64,000 nucleotides of DNA, from contig OZ024742.1 of NCBI GenBank assembly GCA_964016885.1, positions 184,264,001 to 184,328,000 on the forward strand, written 5' to 3'. The translations under genes were made by a program, and so were the position numbers. Position 1 is the stretch's first letter. Each line of letters opens with the position of its first letter. This document shows, one piece after another, positions 54,015-64,000 of this stretch. The notes beneath the pieces are model-generated. The model made no database searches and had not been told where the DNA came from. It saw nothing but the letters and a program-made list of their open reading frames with translations. Source of the stretch: Eledone cirrhosa. Taxonomy: Eukaryota.

Positions 54015-54637
54015 TATAGAGAATTATGTAATGTTTGACACTAATTGACAAAGTCAGTAGAGCACAAGACAAAATGTCTTGCAGTATTTGTTTCAGCTTT
54101 CTACAGTCTGAGTTCAAATCCTGCTGTGGCTTACTTGGGTAGTAGACTTAATTCATTGCCCAGTTTAGCACCCTCACCTGACTGTTAGTTACCTTTAGTT
54201 GAGTCCACTCTGTTACAAGCATTTGAACCAGGTCTCCAATTTATACTACCATCTTCTTCCAGAGTCATGAGCAGTGACAACTTAAAGCATGGGTCCACTT
54301 TTACAAAGAAAAGATGGAATAATCCTAGGAGGCAAGGTCTAGACAGAGGAGACACAAAGGGCAAAAGTTATTGATAAGGTTACAGATTGCATGATGAAAG
54401 AGCATCGACAACTAGGGAAATAGCTGATTGGTTAAATAACCAAGGAATGGATGGATTAGTTAATAATATATAACGGAAATGAAATAACTTGTGCCTTGTG
54501 TGCCTATTTTTACTGGCATCATTTCCCTCCAATATATATATGTGTGTGTGTAAAAAGTAAACAGAAGTAACAAAACAAATGACACAGTACTATGAAGAAA
54601 TTTATTAGTATAACACTTGGAATAATAGGAAAAGAGT

Positions 54638-54671
54638 CTTAACATTTCAGACATTAGTCTTTCATCAGAAA
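54638..54671 (-). ncRNA. degenerate minimal hammerhead ribozyme
   Basis: TTT-CTGATGA-A.AGAC.TAAT.GTCT-GAAA-TG-TT-AAG (GAAACGTT-like, CpG decayed); AATAAA downstream; weak stem I. Confidence 0.45.
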
Positions 54672-54756
54672 TTAGAATGAGAAATAAAAGATGAACTAGA
54701 AAGATAGAGAGGAAGAAGAGGAAGCAACAGAGGAAAAAATATATTTATTTTTATAT

Positions 54757-56273
54757 ATCATCATCATCATCATCACCGTTTTACGTCCGTTCTTCCACGC
54801 TAGCATGGGTTAGACTGGTTGTCCTGTTGTGGGCAGTGTCCAGTCGGCTGACCATGCCTTGCTCATACGGGAACTGATTCTGGCTTGATTTCTACAGCTG
54901 GATGCCCTTCTTAACACCAACCTCATTTACAGTGAGTGCTGGGTGCTTTTTTCCCATGGCGTCTACACGTCCACTTTACAGTGTGGGCCGGGTGCTTTTT
55001 TGCCGTGGCACCTCCACGACCACTTTGTAGTGGGGGGGGGGGGCATATTGTCTATATGCTTCAGCTTCAGCTTGTACCAGTGGGAAGTCGGGTCATCCGT
55101 ATTACTGCGTGACACCAGAGGTCACGGTCATGTGTCATCACCATTGAGAGGTGCAATTGGGTAAGGTCGGCTTTTATCACCTCATCCCAGGTCTTCTTGG
55201 GTCTCGCCAGTCCGCGGTTTCCATCGACTTCTAGTGCTCTGCATCTTTTTATGCAGCTGTCATCCTTCATATGCATCACGTGTCCATACCAATGCAACCG
55301 CCTCTCCTGCACACAGCATTTGATTCCTCTTATGCTCAGTCTCTCTCTCAATTGGTTTATGCTTTGTTGTTCGTGTATATTACTATTATACATCCATCGG
55401 AGCATGCAGGCTTCGTTTCTTTCTAATCTACGCAAGTCTTCTACAGACAGCGCCCAGGTCTCACTACCATGTAACATTGCTGTTCGTATACATGCATCAT
55501 ATAGTCTGCCTTTCATTTTGAGGGAAAAGTCTTTTGCAGCTAGCAGTGGCAGTAGCTCCCTGAACTTCTTCCATCCCGTTCTTACCCTAGTTATTGTACT
55601 TTCCAAACACCCACCTCCGCTGCTAATTCGGTCACCTAGGTAACAGAAGCTGTCTACTGTTTCTACAGAGCCCTCCCAGAGTTTGGCGGTGTTTGTTTCC
55701 TGTGGCCGTTTGCTGCTTGCTGTCCCAGCGCAGCTACTACTTGTGAAGCCTACATTCTTAGTTAAGCTTCCTGAGATCCCACTACATCTCTTGTGTACCC
55801 ATTGTTTGCATTTGGGGCAGAGGATGGAGTTCCTACCTACACCTTTCCTACATACTGAGCAAGGCCATTTCCCTGAGGGGATCTGTGTTCTCTTTTCTCG
55901 TCTACTTACAAGGACTTTAGTCTTTGTCAGGTTGACTTTGAGACCCTTTCTTTCTAGTCCCTGCTTCCATGTTTGGAATTTCTTCTCTAATTCTACCATA
56001 GATGCAGCTATAAGTACGAGGTCATCTGCATACAGGAGTACCCATGGGCATACCAGTCTTAAATTCCTCTGTTATTGGCTACAAAACTATGATGAACAGG
56101 AGAGGGCTAAGAACAGAGGCTTGGTGGACACCGACCTGTATGCTAAATTCCTCGCTATAGTCATTGCTAATCCTAACTTTGCTGACTGGTCCCCTATACA
56201 TGGCTTGTACAGCTTTCACAAGCAATTCATCTACTCTTAGTTTTCTAAGAGCCCACCAGATTATAGCACAGGG
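54757..56273 (-). mobile_element. 5'-truncated RTE LINE, subfamily A
   Basis: ORF 55067-55999 highly similar to 4100-5017; same 3'UTR and ATG tail. Confidence 0.93.
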
Positions 56274-56282
56274 ATATATATA

Positions 56283-56333
<51 letters not shown>

Positions 56334-56334
56334 T

Positions 56335-56800
56335 TTTGTTTTGCGAGGTTTTTGATATGAAATCGTGTGTCGAAACAAATATTGTTATACTTGGAGAGGG
56401 TCATATTGTTGTAATAATATTGCCAGAATTAATAACAGAACACACTCACTGTTTAGTTGGTTTTCGCTTCTGTATCTTTTATATCAGTTAATTTATTCGA
56501 TCCTCAATGTTTACCATTGACTGATGGCGTAGATATACAATACAACAGGAGGAAACATAATAGCACCACTGACGATGTTGCAGATGTGTAACGAAAGAAC
56601 TTTGTTAGACTATATATATGTGTTTGTGTCTATATTACATCTGTATTTTTTACCGTTGGTCAGTCAATGGTAAACATTGAGGACCGAATAAATTAACTGA
56701 TATAAAAGATACAGAAGCGAAAACCAACCAAACAGTGAGCGTGTTCTGTTATTAATTCTGACAATATTATTACAACAATATAACCCTCCCCAAGTATAAC
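56335..56800. mobile_element. (TA)n-flanked element with 140-bp inverted arms enclosing a hammerhead
   Basis: 56384-56523 is inverted at 56661-56800. Confidence 0.85.
56565..56606 (+). ncRNA. hammerhead ribozyme motif (weak stem I)
   Basis: ACCA-CTGACGA-T.GTTGCA.GATG.TGTAAC-GAAA-GAAC-TT-TGTT; homolog of 578-620. Confidence 0.55.
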
Positions 56801-56865
56801 TATATATATATATATATATTTTTATAGAATTCACAAGAATCAAAGCTGTGTTCAAAGCATTTATT

Positions 56866-56914
56866 CACTTACAATTGTTTCATCCAAACCCCTAGGCTTG
56901 GAGTCTTCGGAGCA
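56866..56914 (-). ncRNA. minimal hammerhead ribozyme, U4>C
   Basis: TGCT-CCGAAGA-C.TCCAAGCC.TAGG.GGTTTGGA.T-GAAA-CAATTG-TA-AGTG then AATAAA; palindromic stem III. Confidence 0.6.
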
Positions 56915-57339
56915 TTTTTCAATGTTTGTACACATGATTGACCTCCTTTCCAACGTAAGAGACATACAGATACATATGTATATATTGATGTACAGTGGAG
57001 TGACATATATTATATTATATTTCTGTATAGCAATTCAAATTCAAAATCAAAATCACATTAAAACAAAATCAAAGCAAAATTAAAATACAATATAATTCTA
57101 TATAACTGCTCTGTAGAACAACTGATGTTATTACATTGAGCTATTTATCTTACTGGTAACATTGAGCTATTTATCTTACTAGTAAATAGGTAGTAATAAA
57201 TTACTGACCTTCACGGTTTACGGTTTAAAATATATATAACTATAAAAAGTTTTAGTATATACATAACCATAAATAGTATCCTTAATATTATATCTATTTT
57301 TATATATATATATTTATATATATACACACATATATACAC

Positions 57340-57372
<33 letters not shown>

Positions 57373-57588
57373 TATACACACACACACACACATGTATATA
57401 TTTATGTTTATTTATATATATTATTTTGCCACCCCCACCTGCGGCCCTTTCAGGAATAAGTGGGAGAAGAAGATATATTATTCTGTGTTGATTACATTAC
57501 CTAGTGTATTCAGAATTTTGATAACTAGTTGGAATAAGGGTGTGGAAATTGACATGCTGGTGGTGGTGCTAGGAGAGTTGGTGGTATA

Positions 57589-57652
<64 letters not shown>

Positions 57653-57655
<3 letters not shown>

Positions 57656-57872
57656 TTACTCAGCTGTAGAAATGAGATGATAGGGACTGAGGTCCCTATC
57701 ATTCCACTGCAAAGTGGTCGTGGAGATGCCACGGCAAAAAAACACCCAGCACTCACTGTAAATGAGGTTGGTGTTAGGAAGGGCATCCAGCTGTAGAAAT
57801 CAAGCCAGAATCAGTTCCCGTCCCACCCTTGCAAGCAGGGAAAAGCGGACGTAAATTAATGATGATGATGAT
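57653..57872 (+). mobile_element. SINE family 2, 3' half
   Basis: Near identical to 25021-25240. Confidence 0.85.
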
Positions 57873-57896
57873 GTGTGTGTGTGTGTATATAATATA

Positions 57897-58195
57897 ATAA
57901 TGAAATTATTGTGTACAGTGCTCAGGTGCACTACAACTCATCAAAGGTGCATGTATAGTACATAGAATAATGTACAAACATCAGTAAAATGAACAGTGCA
58001 CGAGTCATGATACACACATGTGTGCATGTGTATGGAAGGGGTACATCAAGTGTAGTTTTGGCGTATTTCGGGAAGCATGAGTGTCTTAAAGGATGCAGTG
58101 TCTCGGCAGCTAACAATTGACGCAGGCAGTTTGTTCCATGCTTCAGCAACTCTGAGCGTGAAAAAATGTCTACGAAAGTCATGGGAGCTTCTTTC
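57897..58195 (-). mobile_element. 3' end of a CR1-like LINE
   Basis: RRHFFTLRVAEAWNKLPASIV...SFK motif typical of CR1 ORF2 C-termini; its tail recurs at 33056-33127. Confidence 0.75.
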
Positions 58196-58562
58196 AACTA
58201 ATATGTGACTGTGATGGAGGTGGTGAGTACTACAGGTAGATAGATTTGTTTGTATGTATTTATTTGTGTTGAGATCAGTGAACAGATAATCAAACACTCA
58301 CACACATATATACACACACACATACATACACATATAAATAAATAAATGAATAAAGCTTTCACTGAATAAATAAATATATATATATATACAAATATATTAC
58401 ACAAATAGTAGTGTGTTACACAGTGAAATGTGTGTAAAGGATTATTACAAGTGATTTTTACCGTTACTGTATAGAAAACAATATCTACAGGTTGAGCAAT
58501 TAAATAGAAAAAGTTAGAATCAAATTACTGAAGTAGAGTTTTAAATTACTAACCTTATAACT

Positions 58563-59534
58563 ATCATCATCATCATCAACGTTTAACGTTCGTGTTCCAC
58601 GCTTGCATGGGTTTGGACGGGGGTTTTCCCACTTGAGGCAAGAGTGATTGTCTTGCTCGCATAGGACTGTCTGGCAGGTTTTCTACAGTTGGATGCCCTT
58701 CCTAACACCAACCACATTTACAGTGTGGGGCTGGGAGGTTTTCACCGTGTTGCCTACACGGCCACATTACAGCGTGGACTGTGTGTTTTTTTGTCGTGAC
58801 ACCTACACGATCTCATTTGTTTCGGCCTGGATGGTGTGGCACCAACATAACTTTACATAGAAGGGGGCGGTGTGGATGGGGTGGGGGTGGTGGGATGGGG
58901 GTGTATTTTGTTAGAGATGCCTACTGACTGTAGTAGGTTTTACTTTGTATTTAGGTAAGGCGGGTCTTCTCTATTACTGAGTACTGTCAAAGGTCTCGGT
59001 CCAGTGACATTGTCTTGGAGAGGTGTAAGTGTGTGAGGTCGGAGTTTATCAGCTCGTCCCAGGTTTTTCTGGGTCTGCCTACTCCGTGGCTACCGTCTAT
59101 CTTTATTGCCCTGCACTTTGTTATACAGCTATCGACTTTCATGCGCATCACGTGTCCATACCAATGTAGCCTTCTCTCGAGTAAACAACATCTGATCCCT
59201 CTTATTTCTAATTTTTTCCTTAGTTTGTTTATGCTTTGCCGTTCACGTATATTACTATTACACATCCAGCGGAGCATGCAAGCTTCGTTCCTCTCTAGTC
59301 TGCGTATATACTCTGCACACAATGCCCAGGTCTCACTGCCATGCAACATTGCTGTTCGTATGCAGGCATCATACAACCTGCCTTTCATTTTTAGGGAGAA
59401 CCCTTTAGCGGCTAATAGTGGTATAAGCTCTCTGAACTTTTTCCATCCAGTCTGACTCTAGCTACTGTACTTTCAGAACACCCTCCCCCACTGCTGATTT
59501 TGTCACCCAGGTAACGGAAGCTGTCCACTATTTT

Positions 59535-59540
<6 letters not shown>
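58563..59540 (-). mobile_element. 5'-truncated RTE LINE, subfamily B
   Basis: Near identical to 29311-30263. Confidence 0.93.
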
Positions 59541-59571
<31 letters not shown>

Positions 59572-59574
<3 letters not shown>

Positions 59575-59692
59575 ATAATAATAAATATGAAGACTAAAAT
59601 CCAAAGAGGGCTCAATAAGGATAAATATATATCAAATATATAAGAACCGTAGAGCAAATATTTATTAAAATAATCTGTTATTTTAATAAATA
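59572..59692. mobile_element. short terminal fragment of the Penelope-like element with an end hairpin
   Basis: Matches 36975-37075; ends in ATATTTATTAAAATAA-TCTG-TTATTTTAATAAATAT. Confidence 0.75.
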
Positions 59693-59706
59693 TATATATA
59701 TATATA

Positions 59707-59773
<67 letters not shown>

Positions 59774-59888
59774 GTGTGTATATATATATATGTATGTATG
59801 TATGTGTGTATGTATGTGTGTATATATATGTATGTATGTATGTGTGTATGTATGTGTGTATATATATATATGTATGTATGTATGTGTG

Positions 59889-59919
<31 letters not shown>

Positions 59920-59943
59920 GTGTATATATATATATATATGTAT

Positions 59944-59989
<46 letters not shown>

Positions 59990-60027
59990 ATATATATATG
60001 TATGTGTGTATGTATATATATGTATGA

Positions 60028-60077
<50 letters not shown>

Positions 60078-60246
60078 ATATATATATGTATGTGTGTATG
60101 TATATATATATATGTATGTGTGTATATATATATATATATGTATGTGTGTATATATATATATGTATGTGTGTGTATATATATATATGTATGTGTATATATA
60201 TATATATGTATGTGTGTGTATATATATATATATATGTATGTGTGTG

Positions 60247-60307
<61 letters not shown>

Positions 60308-60326
60308 ATATATATATATATATGTA

Positions 60327-60367
<41 letters not shown>

Positions 60368-60482
60368 ATATATATATATATGTATGTGTGTATATATATA
60401 TATGTATGTGTGTATATATATATATATGTATGTGTGTATATATATATATATGTATGTGTGTATATATATGTATGTGTGTATG

Positions 60483-60522
<40 letters not shown>

Positions 60523-60528
60523 TATATA
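59691..60528. repeat. (TA)n/(TATG)/(TG) microsatellite tract
   Basis: Directly visible. Confidence 0.97.
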
Positions 60529-60540
60529 CAATATATTAAT

Positions 60541-60718
60541 TGTTTCTACTTTTGGCACAAGGCCAGCAATTACCCAGTGCATTACTGGTACTTTATTTTA
60601 TCGACCCCGTAAGGATGAAAGGCAAAGTCAACCTCGGCGGGATTTGAACTCAGATCGTAAAGGGACGTAACTATGCTGGAAAGCATGGCGTCCGACCCTC
60701 TACCGATACTGCCAATCC
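60541..60718 (-). mobile_element. SINE family 1
   Basis: Near identical to 2910-3087; 13-bp TSD ACAATATATTAAT. Confidence 0.92.
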
Positions 60719-60761
60719 ACAATATATTAATAAATGGAAACTATATTTATAAAACCATATT

Positions 60762-60827
60762 TATTTTATTATATATATTTCAAGGGCAACCAAGGCAAAT
60801 TATGGTGCGCTTTCATCAGATAAAATA
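60762..60827 (-). ncRNA. type-I hammerhead ribozyme
   Basis: TATTTTAT-CTGATGA-AAG.C.GCA.CCA.(10 nt).TGG.T.TGC.C.CTT-GAAA-TATATA-TA-ATAAAATA; 8-bp stem I, palindromic stem III. Confidence 0.8.
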
Positions 60828-61304
60828 CAGATTTGTTTTATAAATAAATATTGACATACCCGGAAAAAAAACTTAACGGTTGGAGCTTCCTGGATAGTGG
60901 AGATAATATTTTATTGAGGGTAGTGTGGGTATGGTGTGGTGTGCGGTGGCCAGAAGCTGGGGAGTGCTCCACCGGAAGAGTGCTTGACTGGAAGGGTGCT
61001 TGGCCGGAAGGGTGCTCGACCGGAAGGGCCAGCAGATCGGTCTCTCTCTAGTGGTGACCAGGAACGGTGTGGACGCGAGCTTGGCAACTCCCGGGTGTTA
61101 ATGAGTTGGACGCACGTGGAAGAGGAGAAACCAGCCTTGGGATTTAGCGGCGCCTATGAAAAGCGGTAAGTGAGATAGCTTTTTCTAACCACAAGCTATT
61201 TCGGCACTGGAAATTGAGATCTGATTGAAAAAAAAAAAAAAAAAAAAAAAAAAGAGGGGAGTCTGTTGTTTTATTTTATTACGTACCGCAAGACAAATTA
61301 GGAT

Positions 61305-62070
61305 ATGGCGACGAGACTACGAACGAGCGAAGTGATTAGGGCATTTACCGGTGAAGGCGATTTTGTCGCTTGGCTGCGAAAAGTCCGGCTGGTCAAAAGC
61401 TTACACAAGATAGAAGATGTAACTGGCCTCATGGCACTGTACCTCGAGGGGGACGCGTTGGTACTCTTCCTTCAGTTAGATGATCACACACAGCCAAAGG
61501 GATGCGCAAAAGATTGAGAGGCGCATGATGGAAGCGTTCGCAGAGGGACCGTTAGCCGCTTTTGCTAAGCTGGCAAGAATTAGATGGAACGGTGAACGCG
61601 TTGACATTTTCGCAGCGGAAATACGGCGATTGGCCATGTTGGCTGGATATCAGGTGGAATGCGAACGCACAGTGCGGTTGTCGTTCATAAATGGATTTCC
61701 AGACGACATGGCGGTGAAACTGCAGCAAGTCTCGGGTTACAAAGAAATGGAGATGTTTTCACTGGTGGAACAAGCCCGCATCATAGCAGAAGATGCCAAG
61801 AAGAGTGTCACGGCGATAGCAACTACAGAAGCTCAAGACAGCTGGCAGCGAAATGGTGAAAGGGAGGCAACCACGGCACGCGGTCACCCGCGAACGTTTA
61901 GGGGTCGCTGTTTTAGGTGCCAGGGCCCGCACATGGCGAGAGACTGTAGAGAGTCAAGGCCGGAAATAATATGCTACGGGTGTAAGGGACCAGCCCACTT
62001 CGCTACTAACTGCGACCAGGGAAACGATCCAAGGGGAACTACTTCGCCAGTAGTTGCTCCTTACGAGTAG
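61305..62070 (+). pseudogene. gag (frameshifted) with two CCHC knuckles
   Basis: FTGEGDFVAWLRK...LYLEGDAL; CFRCQGPHMARDC, CYGCKGPAHFATNC. Confidence 0.88.
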
Positions 62071-63055
62071 AGGCGCTGCCCGTGGTGGAAGCTTTCGTGA
62101 GGGGAAAGCCACAGCGAGCCCTCGTGGATATGGGCTGTATGACGACACTGGTGACCGCGGGGGTGGCACAGAGGTGGAGAGGGAAGAGCAGCGTAAGGGC
62201 AGTCGACGGCAGGAAAATTGAATGCTGAGGTCGCAGCAAGGTGGAGATGGCGGTACTGGGAAGGAAAATAAGGCTTTCTGCCATCGTAGTTGACAACATG
62301 GTGGATGGGATCGGCGTGGTTATGGGCATGGATGCAATTGACCGTCTAGGAGGCGTTACAGTGAACAACGTCGGTGTGTCGTTTGGCGGCGCTGCATCGG
62401 TATGCACTGTGAGTACACGACAGGAGAACCAGAAGGCCCACGAGGAGAAATACCCCGCTTACACTGTGCAGGACAAAGACTTCAAGGTCGTGTTCGATGG
62501 GTTGTTGAGTGGTACTGGAAGGGAGAACCACCAACACTGAAGACCAAAGTGGGCTGCTATCAACACACATTGAAGGGAGACATTAGGAGCGAGTTCGAGC
62601 GAGAGGTAGAGAGATGGATTGAGGAGGGCATACTGCTTCCCTGGAAAGAGGAGGTGAAGTGCGGAGTATTGCCGTTAATGGCGGTGGCACAACCCACGAA
62701 GAACAAGGTGAGGCCGGTGCTGGACTTTCAGGAGCTGAACAAGCACGTGTCATGCCACACGGGTGGCGAGGTCACGGATATCTGTGGGGAAACCCTGCAT
62801 GAGTGGAGACGCATGACGAGGGGTTCAGCAATCATAGATCTAAAGTCAGCATACTTGCAATTGCATATAGATGAGAAGCTCTGGCAGTATCAGCTGGTCA
62901 GGTATAAGGGCCGGACATATTGCCTGACCAGGCTCGGTTTTGGGAAAGGCCGACAAGATGAAGGGGGCCACTAACTCCTACATTCACAACATTTTAGTGG
63001 ACGAGTCTGTAGTGTCGGCGGCGAAGGTCACGAGCTATTTACAGGGGTATGGACT
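62070..63055 (+). pseudogene. protease and partial RT (degenerate)
   Basis: RALVDMGC, VVMGMDAI; KVRPVLDFQELN, IDLKSAYLQ, CLTRLGFG, SYIHNILV (decayed YIDD). Confidence 0.85.
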
Positions 63056-63366
63056 GGCTGCGTGCTCGACCGGAAGAGTGCTTGATCGGAAGGGTGCTTG
63101 GCCGGAATGGTGCTCGACCGGAAGGGCCAGCAGATCGATCTCTCTCTCTAGTGGTGACCAGGAACGGTGTTGACGCGAGCTTGGCAGCTCCCGGGTGTTA
63201 ATGAGTTGGACGCACGTGGAAGAGGAGAAACCAGCCTTGGGATTTAGCGGGGCCTATGAAAAGCGGTAAGTGAGATAGCTTTTTCTAACCACAGGTAGTA
63301 CAAAGTTATGATTGAGTATGCAAATGAGTGTCCGAAAAGTTGAAAAGATAACGGTTTAACCTTTGC

Positions 63367-63476
<110 letters not shown>

Positions 63477-63642
63477 ATATATATATATGTATGTGTGTAT
63501 ATATATATATATGTATGTGTGTATATATACTCCTCCCCCACCATTCTTTATTCTCATCTCCTCCTCTTCCTTACCTTCCCCCTATGTTGATTTAAAACTT
63601 CACTATTCACAAGTGTTTTTTAAGCTTCATATCATGTATCCC

Positions 63643-63713
63643 TATTTTATCTGATGAGAATGCAGATATCATCCCATGATGATATTTGTTTTTGAAATGC
63701 GCATAATAAAATA
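63643..63713 (+). ncRNA. type-I hammerhead ribozyme
   Basis: TATTTTAT-CTGATGA-GAATGCAGATATCATC.CCAT.GATGATATTTGTTTTT-GAAA-TGCGCA-TA-ATAAAATA; 8-bp stem I, about 15-bp stem II, palindromic stem III; predicted cleavage after 63705. Confidence 0.88.
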
Positions 63714-63741
63714 CTTGGAACTCTTTTAACCATCTTTTGAT

Positions 63742-63796
<55 letters not shown>

Positions 63797-63808
63797 ATAT
63801 ATATATAT

Positions 63809-63939
63809 ATAGGAACGAGTAGGACCCCAACGGCTGAGCTCAAGCCGTTTCGACGGCTAATTCTGGACTAAATTGTTTAGTCCAGAATTAGCCGTCGAAA
63901 TGGCTTGAGCTCAGCTGTCGGGGTCCTACTCGATCCTAT
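63809..63939. repeat. 64-bp-arm hairpin with a 3-nt loop containing the 3' half of a hammerhead
   Basis: 63809-63872 / TTG / 63876-63939; arm contains C-GAAA-(C/T)GGCT.TGAGCTC.AGC(C/T)G-T(C/T)-GGGG. Confidence 0.9.
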
Positions 63940-64000
63940 TACCCACTCTACTACCCTAAGTATTGAGTACTTTGGTGCGTTATGGTCCATCTGGTTCCTT

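Larger units (their letters stand above)
60924..63293 (+). mobile_element. internally deleted Ty3/gypsy LTR retrotransposon
   Basis: 5' LTR 60924-61193 (TGTGG...CCACA), 3' LTR 63062-63293 (5'-truncated), TSD GGTAG on both sides; RNase H and integrase absent. Confidence 0.93.

Overview
AT-rich, microsatellite-dense eukaryotic DNA made almost entirely of transposable elements. The repeat content resembles cephalopod (octopus-like) DNA; this is an inference. No host gene can be supported. Identified elements: a near-complete Ty3/gypsy LTR element (10598-15646, 5-bp TSD), a deleted gypsy (60924-63293, TSD), a small non-autonomous LTR element (31305-32569), six RTE-clade LINE copies, CR1- and CRE-like fragments, tRNA-derived SINEs, TTAA MITEs (one with a 24x39-bp minisatellite), two non-autonomous Helitrons, and a GIY-YIG Penelope-like element with inverted pseudo-LTRs. 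The main unannotated signal is about 14 type-I hammerhead-ribozyme folds, read by eye. They sit mostly in short (TA)n-flanked, often palindromic non-coding elements, frequently as outward-facing pairs with covarying stems and palindromic stem III. Three have a variant core (A at position 4), and one family has a circularly permuted ~498-bp retrozyme-like unit. Activity is untested.
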